Source: an uncultured Candidatus Saccharibacteria bacterium
GTDB taxonomy: Bacteria; Patescibacteriota; UBA1384; XYA2-FULL-43-10; 1-14-0-10-43-13
Reading direction: 5' to 3'
Length of the DNA: 64,000 nt
Assembly: GCA_964628585.1 (NCBI GenBank)
Contig: CAZVMH010000001.1
Coordinates: 210 to 64,209, forward strand
Shown here: positions 8,732-19,042 of the stretch, one piece after another
Numbering within the stretch: position 1 is the first letter of the stretch
How the letters are laid out: each line of letters opens with the position of its first letter
Position numbers and translations under genes: made by a program
The notes under the pieces: model-generated
What the model was told of the DNA's origin: nothing
Seen by the model: the letters and a program-made list of their open reading frames with translations, nothing else
Database searches by the model: none

Positions 8732-10372
8732 ATGGGCATAAAAAATTACAGAAGAACAATTAAATATTTATTTAAAAACATATATGTTTTTTTGATCAGT
8801 TTCATTCTATTATTTTTGGCTTACTATGTTTGGGTGAGGGGAATTTCGATTCTTTCGTCTTATACTGATCTTTCTTTCCATCTTGCAACTGCTCAGGGGT
8901 TTTCTCGTGTGGGTGGTATAGTAGCATGGGATTTCTGGGAGTCATTGCCGCTCGGGCGCCCCCATAACTATCCTCCACTTTTTCATATTATTTTGACTGA
9001 TTTATTAAGGCTAACTTCTAATCCAACCGTTGCAATTAGGCTGATAATGGAAATTACTTTGATTGGAGGAATGATAGTATATGCTTTTGGATTGACAAAA
9101 TTATTTAATGTAAAAATCGCTTTTTGGTCTGTCTTATTATTAGCTTTTTCGTTTCATTTTGTACAGCTATCCTTGACCGTAATGCCGGCCACAATTGTGA
9201 TATTCTTGACACCTCTCCTTTATCACTTTCTTATTAAAAATAGATGGGTAAGTTACATTATAATTTTACTATTTATGTTCTATTTGCATCTATTTTTGCC
9301 ATATTTAATTATTTTATCTATTGCAACTTATTCACTCATTTCTGATCGCAAACTATTTATTAAGGCTATTTTGCCGACCCTAATACCCTTTATTTTGTAT
9401 TGCCCATGGCTGATTCACATTTTTCTTGGCGGGTGGGAATATATAAAATATTTTGATAAGGGAAGTGTTACAGATTTATGGAACTCATACGTGTTAGTAA
9501 ATCCTTTTATAATAATTTTAGCGTTTTTTGGATTAATAGCGCTTTCGAAAAACAAGACTAAACAAAAAAATGAATTTTACCTCTTTTTCATCTCTTGTAT
9601 TATTGTTTTATCTCCAAGTTTTATCGTTGCCGGTAGAATTATCGATGGTCATTTTTTACCATTTGCGGTAATATTCGCGGCATTTTTTCTATCTAATTTA
9701 AATAAAAAATTGTCAAAAATTTTTTGTTGCCTAATAGTTTTGTTTTATTGTTGGACTAATCCTACACTAATGGTTGGAGAAAAAAATAAAATAATATTAT
9801 TGGCAAGCCCTCTAAATAATTTATTAATTAATGAAAATTTCAGAGTTAATGATCCTGCAAGCAAATTTCAGATATTGATTGATTCAATTAAACAAGATTC
9901 TCAAAACGGCCAAACCATTACCAGCATACTCAGATCTTTTGATGGTTATTTGGTAGACAAGAACTATCAGTTGCCGATTTCAAATATGGTAGCATCATAT
10001 ACTGGTCTGGCTACACTAAACTTAAGACAGCCAGAAATTTATCGACGTTCTCCTCCTGATATTTTAAAATCAAAATATCTTTTATTGAATGACTATGCTG
10101 ATGAATTATCGACCGAAACATTTTTCAATCAATACTGGGAAGAATCATATGCATTAGTAGAAACAATTAAAAGTAATTTCACAATAGTATCTTCAATCCA
10201 ATCAGGCGAAAATGAAAAAATATATTTATATAAAAATATAAATAATAATTCAATATCTGAAATATTGCCATCAATTAAGCTTTCATTGTTCTTTGCGAAC
10301 TTATTAATAATACTTCTGTTTGGATTATTATTATTCGATAAGAAAAAGCATAAAAAGAATGACTTCAATTAA
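8732..10372 (+). CDS. Polytopic membrane protein, GT-C-fold glycosyltransferase-like
   Basis: TDLSFH in first loop, GRPHNYPPLFH motif, many TM helices, C-terminal soluble domain. Confidence 0.7.
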   Translation: MGIKNYRRTIKYLFKNIYVFLISFILLFLAYYVWVRGISILSSYTDLSFHLATAQGFSRVGGIVAWDFWESLPLGRPHNYPPLFHIILTDLLRLTSNPTVAIRLIMEITLIGGMIVYAFGLTKLFNVKIAFWSVLLLAFSFHFVQLSLTVMPATIVIFLTPLLYHFLIKNRWVSYIIILLFMFYLHLFLPYLIILSIATYSLISDRKLFIKAILPTLIPFILYCPWLIHIFLGGWEYIKYFDKGSVTDLWNSYVLVNPFIIILAFFGLIALSKNKTKQKNEFYLFFISCIIVLSPSFIVAGRIIDGHFLPFAVIFAAFFLSNLNKKLSKIFCCLIVLFYCWTNPTLMVGEKNKIILLASPLNNLLINENFRVNDPASKFQILIDSIKQDSQNGQTITSILRSFDGYLVDKNYQLPISNMVASYTGLATLNLRQPEIYRRSPPDILKSKYLLLNDYADELSTETFFNQYWEESYALVETIKSNFTIVSSIQSGENEKIYLYKNINNNSISEILPSIKLSLFFANLLIILLFGLLLFDKKKHKKNDFN

Positions 10373-12032
10373 AAAGAAAATCTGTTGCAACCTATATTTT
10401 TGGGGCTTATTTGGTATTTTATTATTGACATCAATATATATCTGGCTGTTTAATACTAACCTAACTCTTGGTTTTACCGATAATGCTTATCATCTTGCCG
10501 TGGCGGAGGGTTTTACTCGAGCGGGGGGAATTTCAACTTGGGATTTTTGGAATTCTCTTCCATTGGGTAGGTCACAAAATTATCCTCCACTTTTTCATTT
10601 AATTCTAGCAGATTTGATAAAAATTGGGTTTACTTCAGAAATTGCAGTAAAATTGATGATGGAGTTTTTTGTTATAGGGGGATTGGCACTTTTTTCATTG
10701 GGCATTACTAAAATATACAATATAAGAGTAGCTTTTTGGTCTGTACTTATTATGGCGATATCAATTCGTTTCATTTGTACTTCAATAACGATTATGCCAT
10801 CTACGATGGTGCTATTTCTTTCCCCACTTTTATTTTATTTATTTAAAGAAAAAAAATGGATAAGCTATGTCGTTATTTTATTTTTAATGCTTTTTTTACA
10901 TCTCTTTTTACCTTTGATAATATTATTTGCTTTAGCCTTATATGTTTTTTTCTTTGAAAGAAATAGATTTTTGATCGGTCTCAAGGCGTCATTAATTGCA
11001 TTAATTCTTTATTCTCCCTGGCTCATACATATATTTTTAAATGGTATTAATAGTATTAAATACTTTGATTCAAGCTATCAGATATCTCGCTACCAGACTG
11101 TGCCTCAGATTAATGTAATTTTTGTAATCTTAGCAATAATATCTCTCATTACGTTAATTTTTAGGAAAAAATTAACTAAAGAAGATTATTTTTTTGTAAT
11201 ACTTCTAGTGTTGTTCGTTATAATGGCTTTCTTTGCCACAGAGAGGACTCTCTCTGGTCATTTATGGATTTATATCGCTCTATTTACCGCCTTATTTCTT
11301 GATCGTTTTTTAGACAAGATACGTATCCTTCCATATTTAACTTTTTTGATATTTTCTTTTTCAATTTTTATAATGCCAATTTTAGTTATTGATAGAACAA
11401 TTTTTCTTGATTTCAACCAACTAACGGTCGCCAAAATTATTCTGACTAAAACGTATTCTGAAACCTCGAAAGAAGAAAGATTCCATGATTTATTTTTAGA
11501 TATAAAAAATAATTCAAAAGAAGGAGAGGCCATTGGAACGGCTCTGAGCTATTTTGATACATATCTAATTGACAGAGGAGAATATCAATCTAATGTAGCA
11601 ATATTTTTGGCTGCTAATGCCAACAGACCGACAATTAATCTTTATCAACCAGAATATTTTTATCGACCCTTGCCAGATCTAACTCAAGCCAGAATTATTG
11701 TGCTGAATGAAAAGATTGAAAATCTGACACCCCAATATTTTGATGATTTTGGCTATACTTACCCAAAAGATATTGAAATCACAAAATCAATCAAAAATAA
11801 TTTTGTTCAAATAAGTTCATATGATACTTATTATTATCAACCTATCAATGGTATCGAAATAGAAAGTGATATAAGTAAAAATGTATATCTCTATAAAAAC
11901 ACAAAAGCAGAAACCATAAAAGAAACAATGCCAAAATTTGTTCTTCCGTTCTGGTTTGTAAATTCACTATTAGCACTATTTTTAGGTCTCTTAATAATTG
12001 ATTTAAAGAGAAACAAAAATAGCCATTTATAG
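10359..12032 (+). CDS. Polytopic membrane protein, GT-C-fold glycosyltransferase-like (tandem paralog)
   Basis: TDNAYH, WDFWNSLPLGRSQNYPPLFH; start placed at MTSIKK by alignment with the upstream paralog. Confidence 0.7.
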   Translation: MTSIKKKICCNLYFWGLFGILLLTSIYIWLFNTNLTLGFTDNAYHLAVAEGFTRAGGISTWDFWNSLPLGRSQNYPPLFHLILADLIKIGFTSEIAVKLMMEFFVIGGLALFSLGITKIYNIRVAFWSVLIMAISIRFICTSITIMPSTMVLFLSPLLFYLFKEKKWISYVVILFLMLFLHLFLPLIILFALALYVFFFERNRFLIGLKASLIALILYSPWLIHIFLNGINSIKYFDSSYQISRYQTVPQINVIFVILAIISLITLIFRKKLTKEDYFFVILLVLFVIMAFFATERTLSGHLWIYIALFTALFLDRFLDKIRILPYLTFLIFSFSIFIMPILVIDRTIFLDFNQLTVAKIILTKTYSETSKEERFHDLFLDIKNNSKEGEAIGTALSYFDTYLIDRGEYQSNVAIFLAANANRPTINLYQPEYFYRPLPDLTQARIIVLNEKIENLTPQYFDDFGYTYPKDIEITKSIKNNFVQISSYDTYYYQPINGIEIESDISKNVYLYKNTKAETIKETMPKFVLPFWFVNSLLALFLGLLIIDLKRNKNSHL

Positions 12033-12061
12033 ACTATTTTTAGTAACTCAGAAAATAACCA

Positions 12062-13264
12062 TTATTCATATCGGAGAGCATCGAGTGGATCTATTTTTAC
12101 GGCACGACGGGAAGGATACCAGCCAGTTAAAAAGCCAACAAATATTGAGAATATTGCAATAATGGCGGTAACAAACCAAGGAGCAACGAATATTTTTATA
12201 CTTTCAGCGTTAGCCCTCTCTGCCATAGTAGAAAGGATAAGGTTGATACCGCAGCCCAAAGAATAACCTAAAATTACACCCATTATTCCTCCAAGCAAGC
12301 CAATAATTAGTGATTCGGCGAGGAATAACTTGTAAACATCCCTATTCCTCATTCCAAGTGCTTTAAATAAACCAATTTCTCGAATGCGTTCTAGTAAACT
12401 TATTGTCAGGGTATTAAATGTACCCAAGGCTGCCACAATAAGTGCAATCATACCAAATGCAACAAGAATTATTCGGAATAACGAAAAAACTTGGCTAATT
12501 TGATCTACAGTATCACCAACATATTCTGTTGAAAAGCCGATATTTTCTAACTGTTTTCTAAGACTAGCAACATTTTCTCTGTCATCAGCTTTTAGTTTTA
12601 GAGAAGAATATTTTACGGCATCTTGGTTTTTTAAAAACTCAGCAGAAGTATAAACAACTGGAGATTTACTGTCAGCTAAAATTCCAACAATTTTCAATGG
12701 AACAGAAGATGCGACTTTCATACCATCAGCCACATTTGTTCTAAAATCGGCTGGAACAATTACATCTAGATTAACAGTTTTTCCAATTGCACTGTTTACG
12801 TTTTCTCCAATTAGAGTGAGAGCTGCATTATTTATTGCAATTTCGTCAACTGCAGAAGGCATCCTACCTGTTAGCTCTGTTACTGACTCAGAGATGTCCC
12901 AATAATCCTGGCTCGCACCAACAATAATCGTCTCAGCAGTTGAGGAACTTTCTGTTTTCTTTAGTCTTCCAGCTAAATTTGTAACAGGAGCAATTTTTGA
13001 AATATGGGGAAATGATTTAATTTTATCAATTACAGTGTCATCTAATTTGAAAGTACTAATATTTGCTGCCGGAACATCTATTGTGGTAAAAGCATCAAAA
13101 TTGGCAACCTGATTTGTTACTAATTGCTCAAGTCCGTAGCCCAAAGAAATAAGAAAAAGTATTGATGAGATACCAATAGTAACACCTGCAACAGTCAGGA
13201 TAGTTCGAAGACGATGAGACCATAAGTTCTTGAAAGCAATCTTTGCAATTATTTTTGCGTTCAT
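12062..13264 (-). CDS. MacB/FtsX-family ABC transporter permease
   Basis: ERIREIGLFKALG and GWYPSRRAVKIDPLDALRYE; paralog of 42..1247. Confidence 0.9.
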   Translation of the reverse strand: MNAKIIAKIAFKNLWSHRLRTILTVAGVTIGISSILFLISLGYGLEQLVTNQVANFDAFTTIDVPAANISTFKLDDTVIDKIKSFPHISKIAPVTNLAGRLKKTESSSTAETIIVGASQDYWDISESVTELTGRMPSAVDEIAINNAALTLIGENVNSAIGKTVNLDVIVPADFRTNVADGMKVASSVPLKIVGILADSKSPVVYTSAEFLKNQDAVKYSSLKLKADDRENVASLRKQLENIGFSTEYVGDTVDQISQVFSLFRIILVAFGMIALIVAALGTFNTLTISLLERIREIGLFKALGMRNRDVYKLFLAESLIIGLLGGIMGVILGYSLGCGINLILSTMAERANAESIKIFVAPWFVTAIIAIFSIFVGFLTGWYPSRRAVKIDPLDALRYE

Positions 13265-14010
13265 GATTTGGTCTCCTCTTTTTGTAAGGAGCTCGTAGAT
13301 TTTGAAGGAACAATTTTTCCATCTTCAACAGAAATTGTCTTGTTTGCATAGGGCAAATAGGCCATATTATGAGTTACCATTACGATGGTTCTTTTTCCCT
13401 CAGTATTTAGCTTTTGAAAAGTTTGCATTACTTGATCAGCATTATGAGTATCGAGATTACCAGTTGGCTCATCTGCCATAACAATCCTAGGGTCATTAAT
13501 AAGGGCACGAGCAAGACAAACTCGCTGTTGCTCACCACCAGAGAGCTGCATTGGTCGCTTATCAGCATACTTTATCATACCTGTTTCTTCTAAGATCTTC
13601 ATAGTTGCTTTTTTGGCTTCACTCTCCGATGTTCCCGCAATAAATAGTGGCATGGCGACATTTTCCCAAACTGAAAGTGATTTTGCCCAGTACCACGATT
13701 GATAGACCATGCCAAAATGTTTGGCTCTAAAAACAGCCCTATCTTCTGAGTTCAATTTTGTAATATCAGTACCACAAACAATAATTTTTCCAGAAGTAGG
13801 GACTTCTAAACCAATTATGTGGTGAAGTAGAGTCGATTTACCAGAACCGGAGGCGCCATATATTATTGCGTAATCACCAGGATATATTTCTGTACTGACA
13901 CCACGCAAAACTGGAACTGGTTCACCGTCGCCAGCTGGGTATTCTTTTACAATATTATCAATTTTTATAATCGGTTCTTTTTCCAACTGTCCCTCTGTTT
14001 TTGTTTTCAA
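13261..14010 (-). CDS. ABC transporter ATP-binding protein (LolD/MacB type)
   Basis: Walker [29 protein letters not shown]. Confidence 0.95.
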   Translation of the reverse strand: MKTKTEGQLEKEPIIKIDNIVKEYPAGDGEPVPVLRGVSTEIYPGDYAIIYGASGSGKSTLLHHIIGLEVPTSGKIIVCGTDITKLNSEDRAVFRAKHFGMVYQSWYWAKSLSVWENVAMPLFIAGTSESEAKKATMKILEETGMIKYADKRPMQLSGGEQQRVCLARALINDPRIVMADEPTGNLDTHNADQVMQTFQKLNTEGKRTIVMVTHNMAYLPYANKTISVEDGKIVPSKSTSSLQKEETKS

Positions 14011-14036
14011 TAATATTTTATTATAAAATAGGTTAG

Positions 14037-17000
14037 CTACTTAAATATTCCAAACAACCAGCCAAGTGATTTTTCAAGTGAATTTATTATAATATCTAGA
14101 ACGGAGTTTTGCATTTTGCCAGTAATCGTGGTGGTGTCTTCGGAATAACCAATATTGCCAGAAGCATCTTTTGATACGGCTCTTAAGTGATAGATTTTTG
14201 ATGGTTCAAGCTCTGCCAAAATTACAGCGTGAGAAGTAGAGAGAGCAGCATCTTCCTTGCTCTTGTTGGCGTAACTGCCACCAGAAATTCCTAAATCATA
14301 CTCAACTTGTGAACTTGATGGCTCGTCTGTCTCCCAGGTTACAACTAATTGTGCTTTCTGGGTTACTCCAAAACCAGATGATTTAACCTCTACGGTTAAT
14401 TTTGTAACTTTTGGAGCTCGTGAATCTTTTGGTGTTGTTATTTGAGAAGTGTAGGGGTTTTCGACATTTATCCAGTTCTCATCGTTTCCGCCAACTTCAA
14501 ATGTATAAATGCTCTGATCTGCAAGGTTCGATACCGTAACATTATGATCGAGTGTTAAGTCTGGAATTGTTTTGCTTTCTTTCTTTCCTTTGTCATTTGT
14601 ATAATTTACAACTGAAGAAGTTTTTACATTTGTTTTCCATGAGAATCGGTAAGTCGTAGTCGGTGCTTCTATATCTTGGTCCATAGTAACATTGCCATCA
14701 ATTTTTGGCATAGTCAAAGTAGCAAAAGAATAATCATCAGACAAGATTGAATCACCGTTCTCATCTGTACCGAAAACCTGAAAATGGTAAGTAGTCGTGT
14801 CATCTAGTCCGCTTAAAGCAAATGTATGAGAATTACCGGCAGAGCTAGAGGGTAAAGAACTACCATAACTTGTTGAAGTCCCATATCGGATATTAACAGT
14901 CGCGTTGATAGGATTATTATCCAAGGTGCTTTTGAAGGCGATCGTGGCTGAATATAAAGTGATATTTGATACCAATACGTCTGAAACCGTAGAAACATCG
15001 GTTGTGGTAAACTCAGAAACTCCACTTCTGGCCTCATTGCCATCTCTATCGCGCCAAACTGCCTGATAATAATATTTAGTTTTTGGACTTAAGCCGGTAA
15101 TTCTGATCGAGTGAACATTGCTATAATTTAATTCTGCTGGAAATGTCCCGTCTCTGTTGCCAGACAAGTTGTCTCTATCGGAGCCAAACAGAACATAACC
15201 AGATGAGGTATGTTCTGCATCGTTACTGTCTCTGGTTGACCAAGTAATTGTTGAAGCAAGAGCATGAGCATCAGAGTGTAATGTATCAAGAACAAGAGAA
15301 GGAGCCTGAGTGTATTTTCCGGTTGGAGTGATGTCTACGACTGAAGATGCTTCGGAATAGTTGTTTGAATTATCCTTTGATTTAACATAATAATAATATT
15401 TCTGTGATTGAATTCCAGTATCAGCGTATGTCGTACCAGCAGTTGTACCGATTGATGAATATGTCGTATTGTCTAAAGAACGATAAATTTCATATCCGGC
15501 AAATCCAGTCCCTTGATTTACTGGAGCAGACCATTTTAAACTTGTGGCATACTCTTGACTGTCACGATTAGAAATATCAAAAATTTGCAAAGCGGTTGGA
15601 ATACCTGGTGCTGATGTGCTGACATAGAATGGCACAGAAGCATAGTTTCCGTAATTAATTTGTTCAGCTGAATCTTCTGCTACGACATAAAAAGTATTTA
15701 GTCCCTGTTGAGTCGCAAAAGCCCCGCTAGCCAAAGTGGTGGTTCCGCCACCCGATGCTACAACAGTTGTATTTATGCTTGTGGGAATGCTGTTGATGGC
15801 ATAACGATATTGCGTTATTTCCGCTATGTGCGTATCTGGTTCATGCCAATGGAAACTAAATGAGTTTTCGCTGGCAGGACTTCCTTCAGAGGTATTACTG
15901 GGGCTAACTTCTAAACCGGTTGGTGCACTTGGCGAAGTTCCGGCATATAAAAAGTTTGTTTGAATTGGGTTAGAGTGATTATCGGCGATATCTACAGTTG
16001 CTAGATAGAATACATTTGTACCTTCTTCGGCCAAATCGGTTAGCGTTTCAGTTAAATTTGTTGTTTCTGTCCAGTCCGTGAGTGTTCCTGTTGCTTTTCT
16101 AACTCGATATTCGTAATGATCCCACTGAGAGAGAGCGTCTGATCCAGCAGGCCAAGTAAAAATAAATTCATTTGTAGCAGTAAAACTTGATGGTGATACA
16201 GTAACATAGATCGGATTTATCGGTGCGTCTCCATCATATTTATATCTGAATAGCTCTGTCGCCAAGCTAACGTTCCCAGCGACGTCAACCGTTTCCATAC
16301 GTAAATAGTATGTACTGCCCGAAACCATACCTGAACCAGTATAATTTCTTGTAACTTGATACGCGATCGGATTGCCACCTATTTCTGTCCCAAAATACAC
16401 GTTATAACCAGCAACTCCAGAAACAACTTCTCCTCCACCAGTATTTGCGTTATCGCTTGGTTCATCCCAGGTAAAATATGGAGCTGTGTCATTATACCAA
16501 TTGTTTGTTGTTAATGTTTGTGCCCCACCAACTGAATCCTTGGCCGTGACAGAAGTCGGATTATCTGGTGCTACCGTATCCATTGTGTAAGTCAAAGTAA
16601 CTGAACTTAGCTGTGTTTGTGTAACACTATCTGAATGTAAATATGCTTTCCACTTAAAACTGCGAGTGTTTGTTCCGTTATAAAAAGTTCCAATGTGACT
16701 ATCTATGTCAGTATAAATGTTGGCTTCTGTATATCCGCCAGTAGTTGCTGTCCAACCATTATTATACCAATACCATGTAACACCGTTATCAGGTGAAATC
16801 TGAAACTTAATATTCGTTGAATCATCCGGTGTAATAACAAAATCTGATGCTAAACTATATGATTGTGCCGTACTGTTCATTACCCATGGGTTGTCGGTTG
16901 GATAACGACCAACCTCACTTCCAATGGCAATCACCAATGTTTCCTCTGCTTCGTAACTAAAAATTCGATCAATAATTCCAGTTCCATTTACCATGGGAGA

Positions 17001-18200
17001 CAACTCAACATATCCTATTGGCATATTGGGGGCAGGGTCTTCAGAATATACTATTGTCCCAAGTAGCACCTCGTTATCGTAAAATTTAATGTATGCTCCC
17101 GACAGTAGGACAATTTTATAGTCGTGGTAGACATTTTCTTCGGGTGACCCAGAGAGAGCCTCTAATGCAAAACCTTCTCCTTCTACAAAAGCCGACATGC
17201 CGTTAATTGATCCCCCTGTGCCTCCAACTAATGCCATGGCGACACAATCCTCGGGAGAAGAACATTCTAATTGAGACAATGGAACACCAACATAGTCACC
17301 AAAAACTCCAAGCTGTAGAGTATCATCTCCCGTAACCTTGGCCTTAAATTCCCATACAACTTCTTTTCCACCAGGAGTAACACCCATTCCTCCCCAAAAA
17401 TAATCATTGGCTGAGTCTAGTATGACAGTGCCGCTACTTATTACTGGTGTGTTCGGTTCGCCGGAATAATCATAACTAAAGTCAAAATCTGAAAATGAAT
17501 CGGCGAAATCATAGTTGAATGTGACAACACCACTGCCAGTAGTGGAGACACTTGCATTGCCATAATATAAATACACGGTAGTGTAATTTCCGCCTCCCAA
17601 AATAGAGGGTATATTCACATAAATAGTCGCCAAATTTGAAGGGGTAGTGGTATAATTTTTAATCCAATAGCCAGTAATAGGCGTAGAGCCATCCTGTTGA
17701 GTGAATCGAATATCACCGCCGTTTGTTTTTGCTTTGGTAAAAACATCAGCCATTCCGGTGGTTGCTTCTGTAATTTTGATAACTTGATTAGACAAGGTTG
17801 TACCGGCGCGGTAAATTGTGACTGCTCTGCGGTAGTTCCAGTTACTTCCGCTAAAAGTATTAATCCAGTCTGTGCCCGGCACCATTTGAGCTTTTAATTG
17901 AACTACTCCACCCGTTACTTCAATCTTATTTGAATCAGAAACGGTGTAATCTCCAGATGAAGAAAGATCCCAATCTTTTGTGGCTGCTTTGGCCCTTTCA
18001 ATGGGAACAACAAGACTGCTTATCATTAGACTAACAATAACGAGTAAAGAAACCACTAACGCACCAAAATGAACTTTTTTATGATGTTTATAATGATGCC
18101 ACTTATGGTATCTTTCTGATTTTGAACACAAAAAATGGTGAGCTCGTGTTAACGGCTTAAAAATTGGGGTAGAACAATCTTGTTTTTCACAATAAGGAAT
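14037..18200 (-). CDS. Large secreted/surface protein with DUF2341-like and multiple fibronectin type III domains
   Basis: His-rich N-terminus plus TM/signal; WNYRRAVTI..GGDIRFT..YLYYGN (DUF2341-like); FN3 motifs such as LSPKTKYYYQ and LEPSKIYHLR. The frame is open upstream of 18131 to an ATT after AGGAGG, so the start is uncertain. Confidence 0.8.
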   Translation of the reverse strand: MPYCEKQDCSTPIFKPLTRAHHFLCSKSERYHKWHHYKHHKKVHFGALVVSLLVIVSLMISSLVVPIERAKAATKDWDLSSSGDYTVSDSNKIEVTGGVVQLKAQMVPGTDWINTFSGSNWNYRRAVTIYRAGTTLSNQVIKITEATTGMADVFTKAKTNGGDIRFTQQDGSTPITGYWIKNYTTTPSNLATIYVNIPSILGGGNYTTVYLYYGNASVSTTGSGVVTFNYDFADSFSDFDFSYDYSGEPNTPVISSGTVILDSANDYFWGGMGVTPGGKEVVWEFKAKVTGDDTLQLGVFGDYVGVPLSQLECSSPEDCVAMALVGGTGGSINGMSAFVEGEGFALEALSGSPEENVYHDYKIVLLSGAYIKFYDNEVLLGTIVYSEDPAPNMPIGYVELSPMVNGTGIIDRIFSYEAEETLVIAIGSEVGRYPTDNPWVMNSTAQSYSLASDFVITPDDSTNIKFQISPDNGVTWYWYNNGWTATTGGYTEANIYTDIDSHIGTFYNGTNTRSFKWKAYLHSDSVTQTQLSSVTLTYTMDTVAPDNPTSVTAKDSVGGAQTLTTNNWYNDTAPYFTWDEPSDNANTGGGEVVSGVAGYNVYFGTEIGGNPIAYQVTRNYTGSGMVSGSTYYLRMETVDVAGNVSLATELFRYKYDGDAPINPIYVTVSPSSFTATNEFIFTWPAGSDALSQWDHYEYRVRKATGTLTDWTETTNLTETLTDLAEEGTNVFYLATVDIADNHSNPIQTNFLYAGTSPSAPTGLEVSPSNTSEGSPASENSFSFHWHEPDTHIAEITQYRYAINSIPTSINTTVVASGGGTTTLASGAFATQQGLNTFYVVAEDSAEQINYGNYASVPFYVSTSAPGIPTALQIFDISNRDSQEYATSLKWSAPVNQGTGFAGYEIYRSLDNTTYSSIGTTAGTTYADTGIQSQKYYYYVKSKDNSNNYSEASSVVDITPTGKYTQAPSLVLDTLHSDAHALASTITWSTRDSNDAEHTSSGYVLFGSDRDNLSGNRDGTFPAELNYSNVHSIRITGLSPKTKYYYQAVWRDRDGNEARSGVSEFTTTDVSTVSDVLVSNITLYSATIAFKSTLDNNPINATVNIRYGTSTSYGSSLPSSSAGNSHTFALSGLDDTTTYHFQVFGTDENGDSILSDDYSFATLTMPKIDGNVTMDQDIEAPTTTYRFSWKTNVKTSSVVNYTNDKGKKESKTIPDLTLDHNVTVSNLADQSIYTFEVGGNDENWINVENPYTSQITTPKDSRAPKVTKLTVEVKSSGFGVTQKAQLVVTWETDEPSSSQVEYDLGISGGSYANKSKEDAALSTSHAVILAELEPSKIYHLRAVSKDASGNIGYSEDTTTITGKMQNSVLDIIINSLEKSLGWLFGIFK

Positions 18201-18325
18201 AATCCCTCCTCATACTCACAAAAAAACGGGTTTTGTATACTCTTCACCATTATACTATATATAAAAATGTTCAACAACATAATAAACTGTGAAAAATAAT
18301 TTTTTGGAATACTTGCATTGAAAAA

Positions 18326-18988
18326 TTGTTGATGTACACTAAAGGCGTGAAGTCAACACTGCCAAATTTTGAGATTGAAAGGGGACTATCGGAAGATCAT
18401 TCTGTTATTGCTGGTGTTGATGAAGTCGGCAGAGGCTCGATTGCTGGTCCAATAGTAGCGGCAGCTGTGGTTTTTAAAAAATACAATAAAATAATTGAAA
18501 AGTTAAGTGAAGTTAACGATTCAAAAAAACTTACTCCCTTAAAACGATTTGAATTAGATCGAATTATACGTACTAATGCATCCGATCTAAATATTGGCAT
18601 TGTCGAAGCAGACGAAATTGATAAAATTGGAATTGGTGCCGCCAATATTCTGGCTTTTAAAAAAGCTCTGGATGGTTTAAAAGAATGTGATCTTGCCCTA
18701 ATTGATGGCAGACAATTTTATGGGTTTGAATATCAATTTCACTGCATTGAAAAAGGCGAAAACAAATCAATTTCAGTAGCGGCCGCTTCAATAATTGCTA
18801 AAGTTTATCGAGATAATATTATGGAAGACATACACGAGGAAATTTTTCGTTATGATTTTGCTTCAAATAAGGGCTATGGTAGCAAACACCATTTTGATGC
18901 CATAGAAAAATATGGCCTAAGCCGTTACCACCGAAAATCATTCTTAAAAAAAATTGAAGATAAAATTATTCAAAATAAATTGTTCTAA
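18326..18988 (+). CDS. rnhB: Ribonuclease HII
   Basis: AGVDEVGRG, DSKKL, LIDG, SVAAASIIAKVYRD, NKGYG, HRKSF; exact start uncertain. Confidence 0.95.
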   Translation: MLMYTKGVKSTLPNFEIERGLSEDHSVIAGVDEVGRGSIAGPIVAAAVVFKKYNKIIEKLSEVNDSKKLTPLKRFELDRIIRTNASDLNIGIVEADEIDKIGIGAANILAFKKALDGLKECDLALIDGRQFYGFEYQFHCIEKGENKSISVAAASIIAKVYRDNIMEDIHEEIFRYDFASNKGYGSKHHFDAIEKYGLSRYHRKSFLKKIEDKIIQNKLF

Positions 18989-19042
18989 TCGAACTACCTA
19001 AATCAGATTGATCTTAAGCAAGATTTTTGATACTATTCTATT

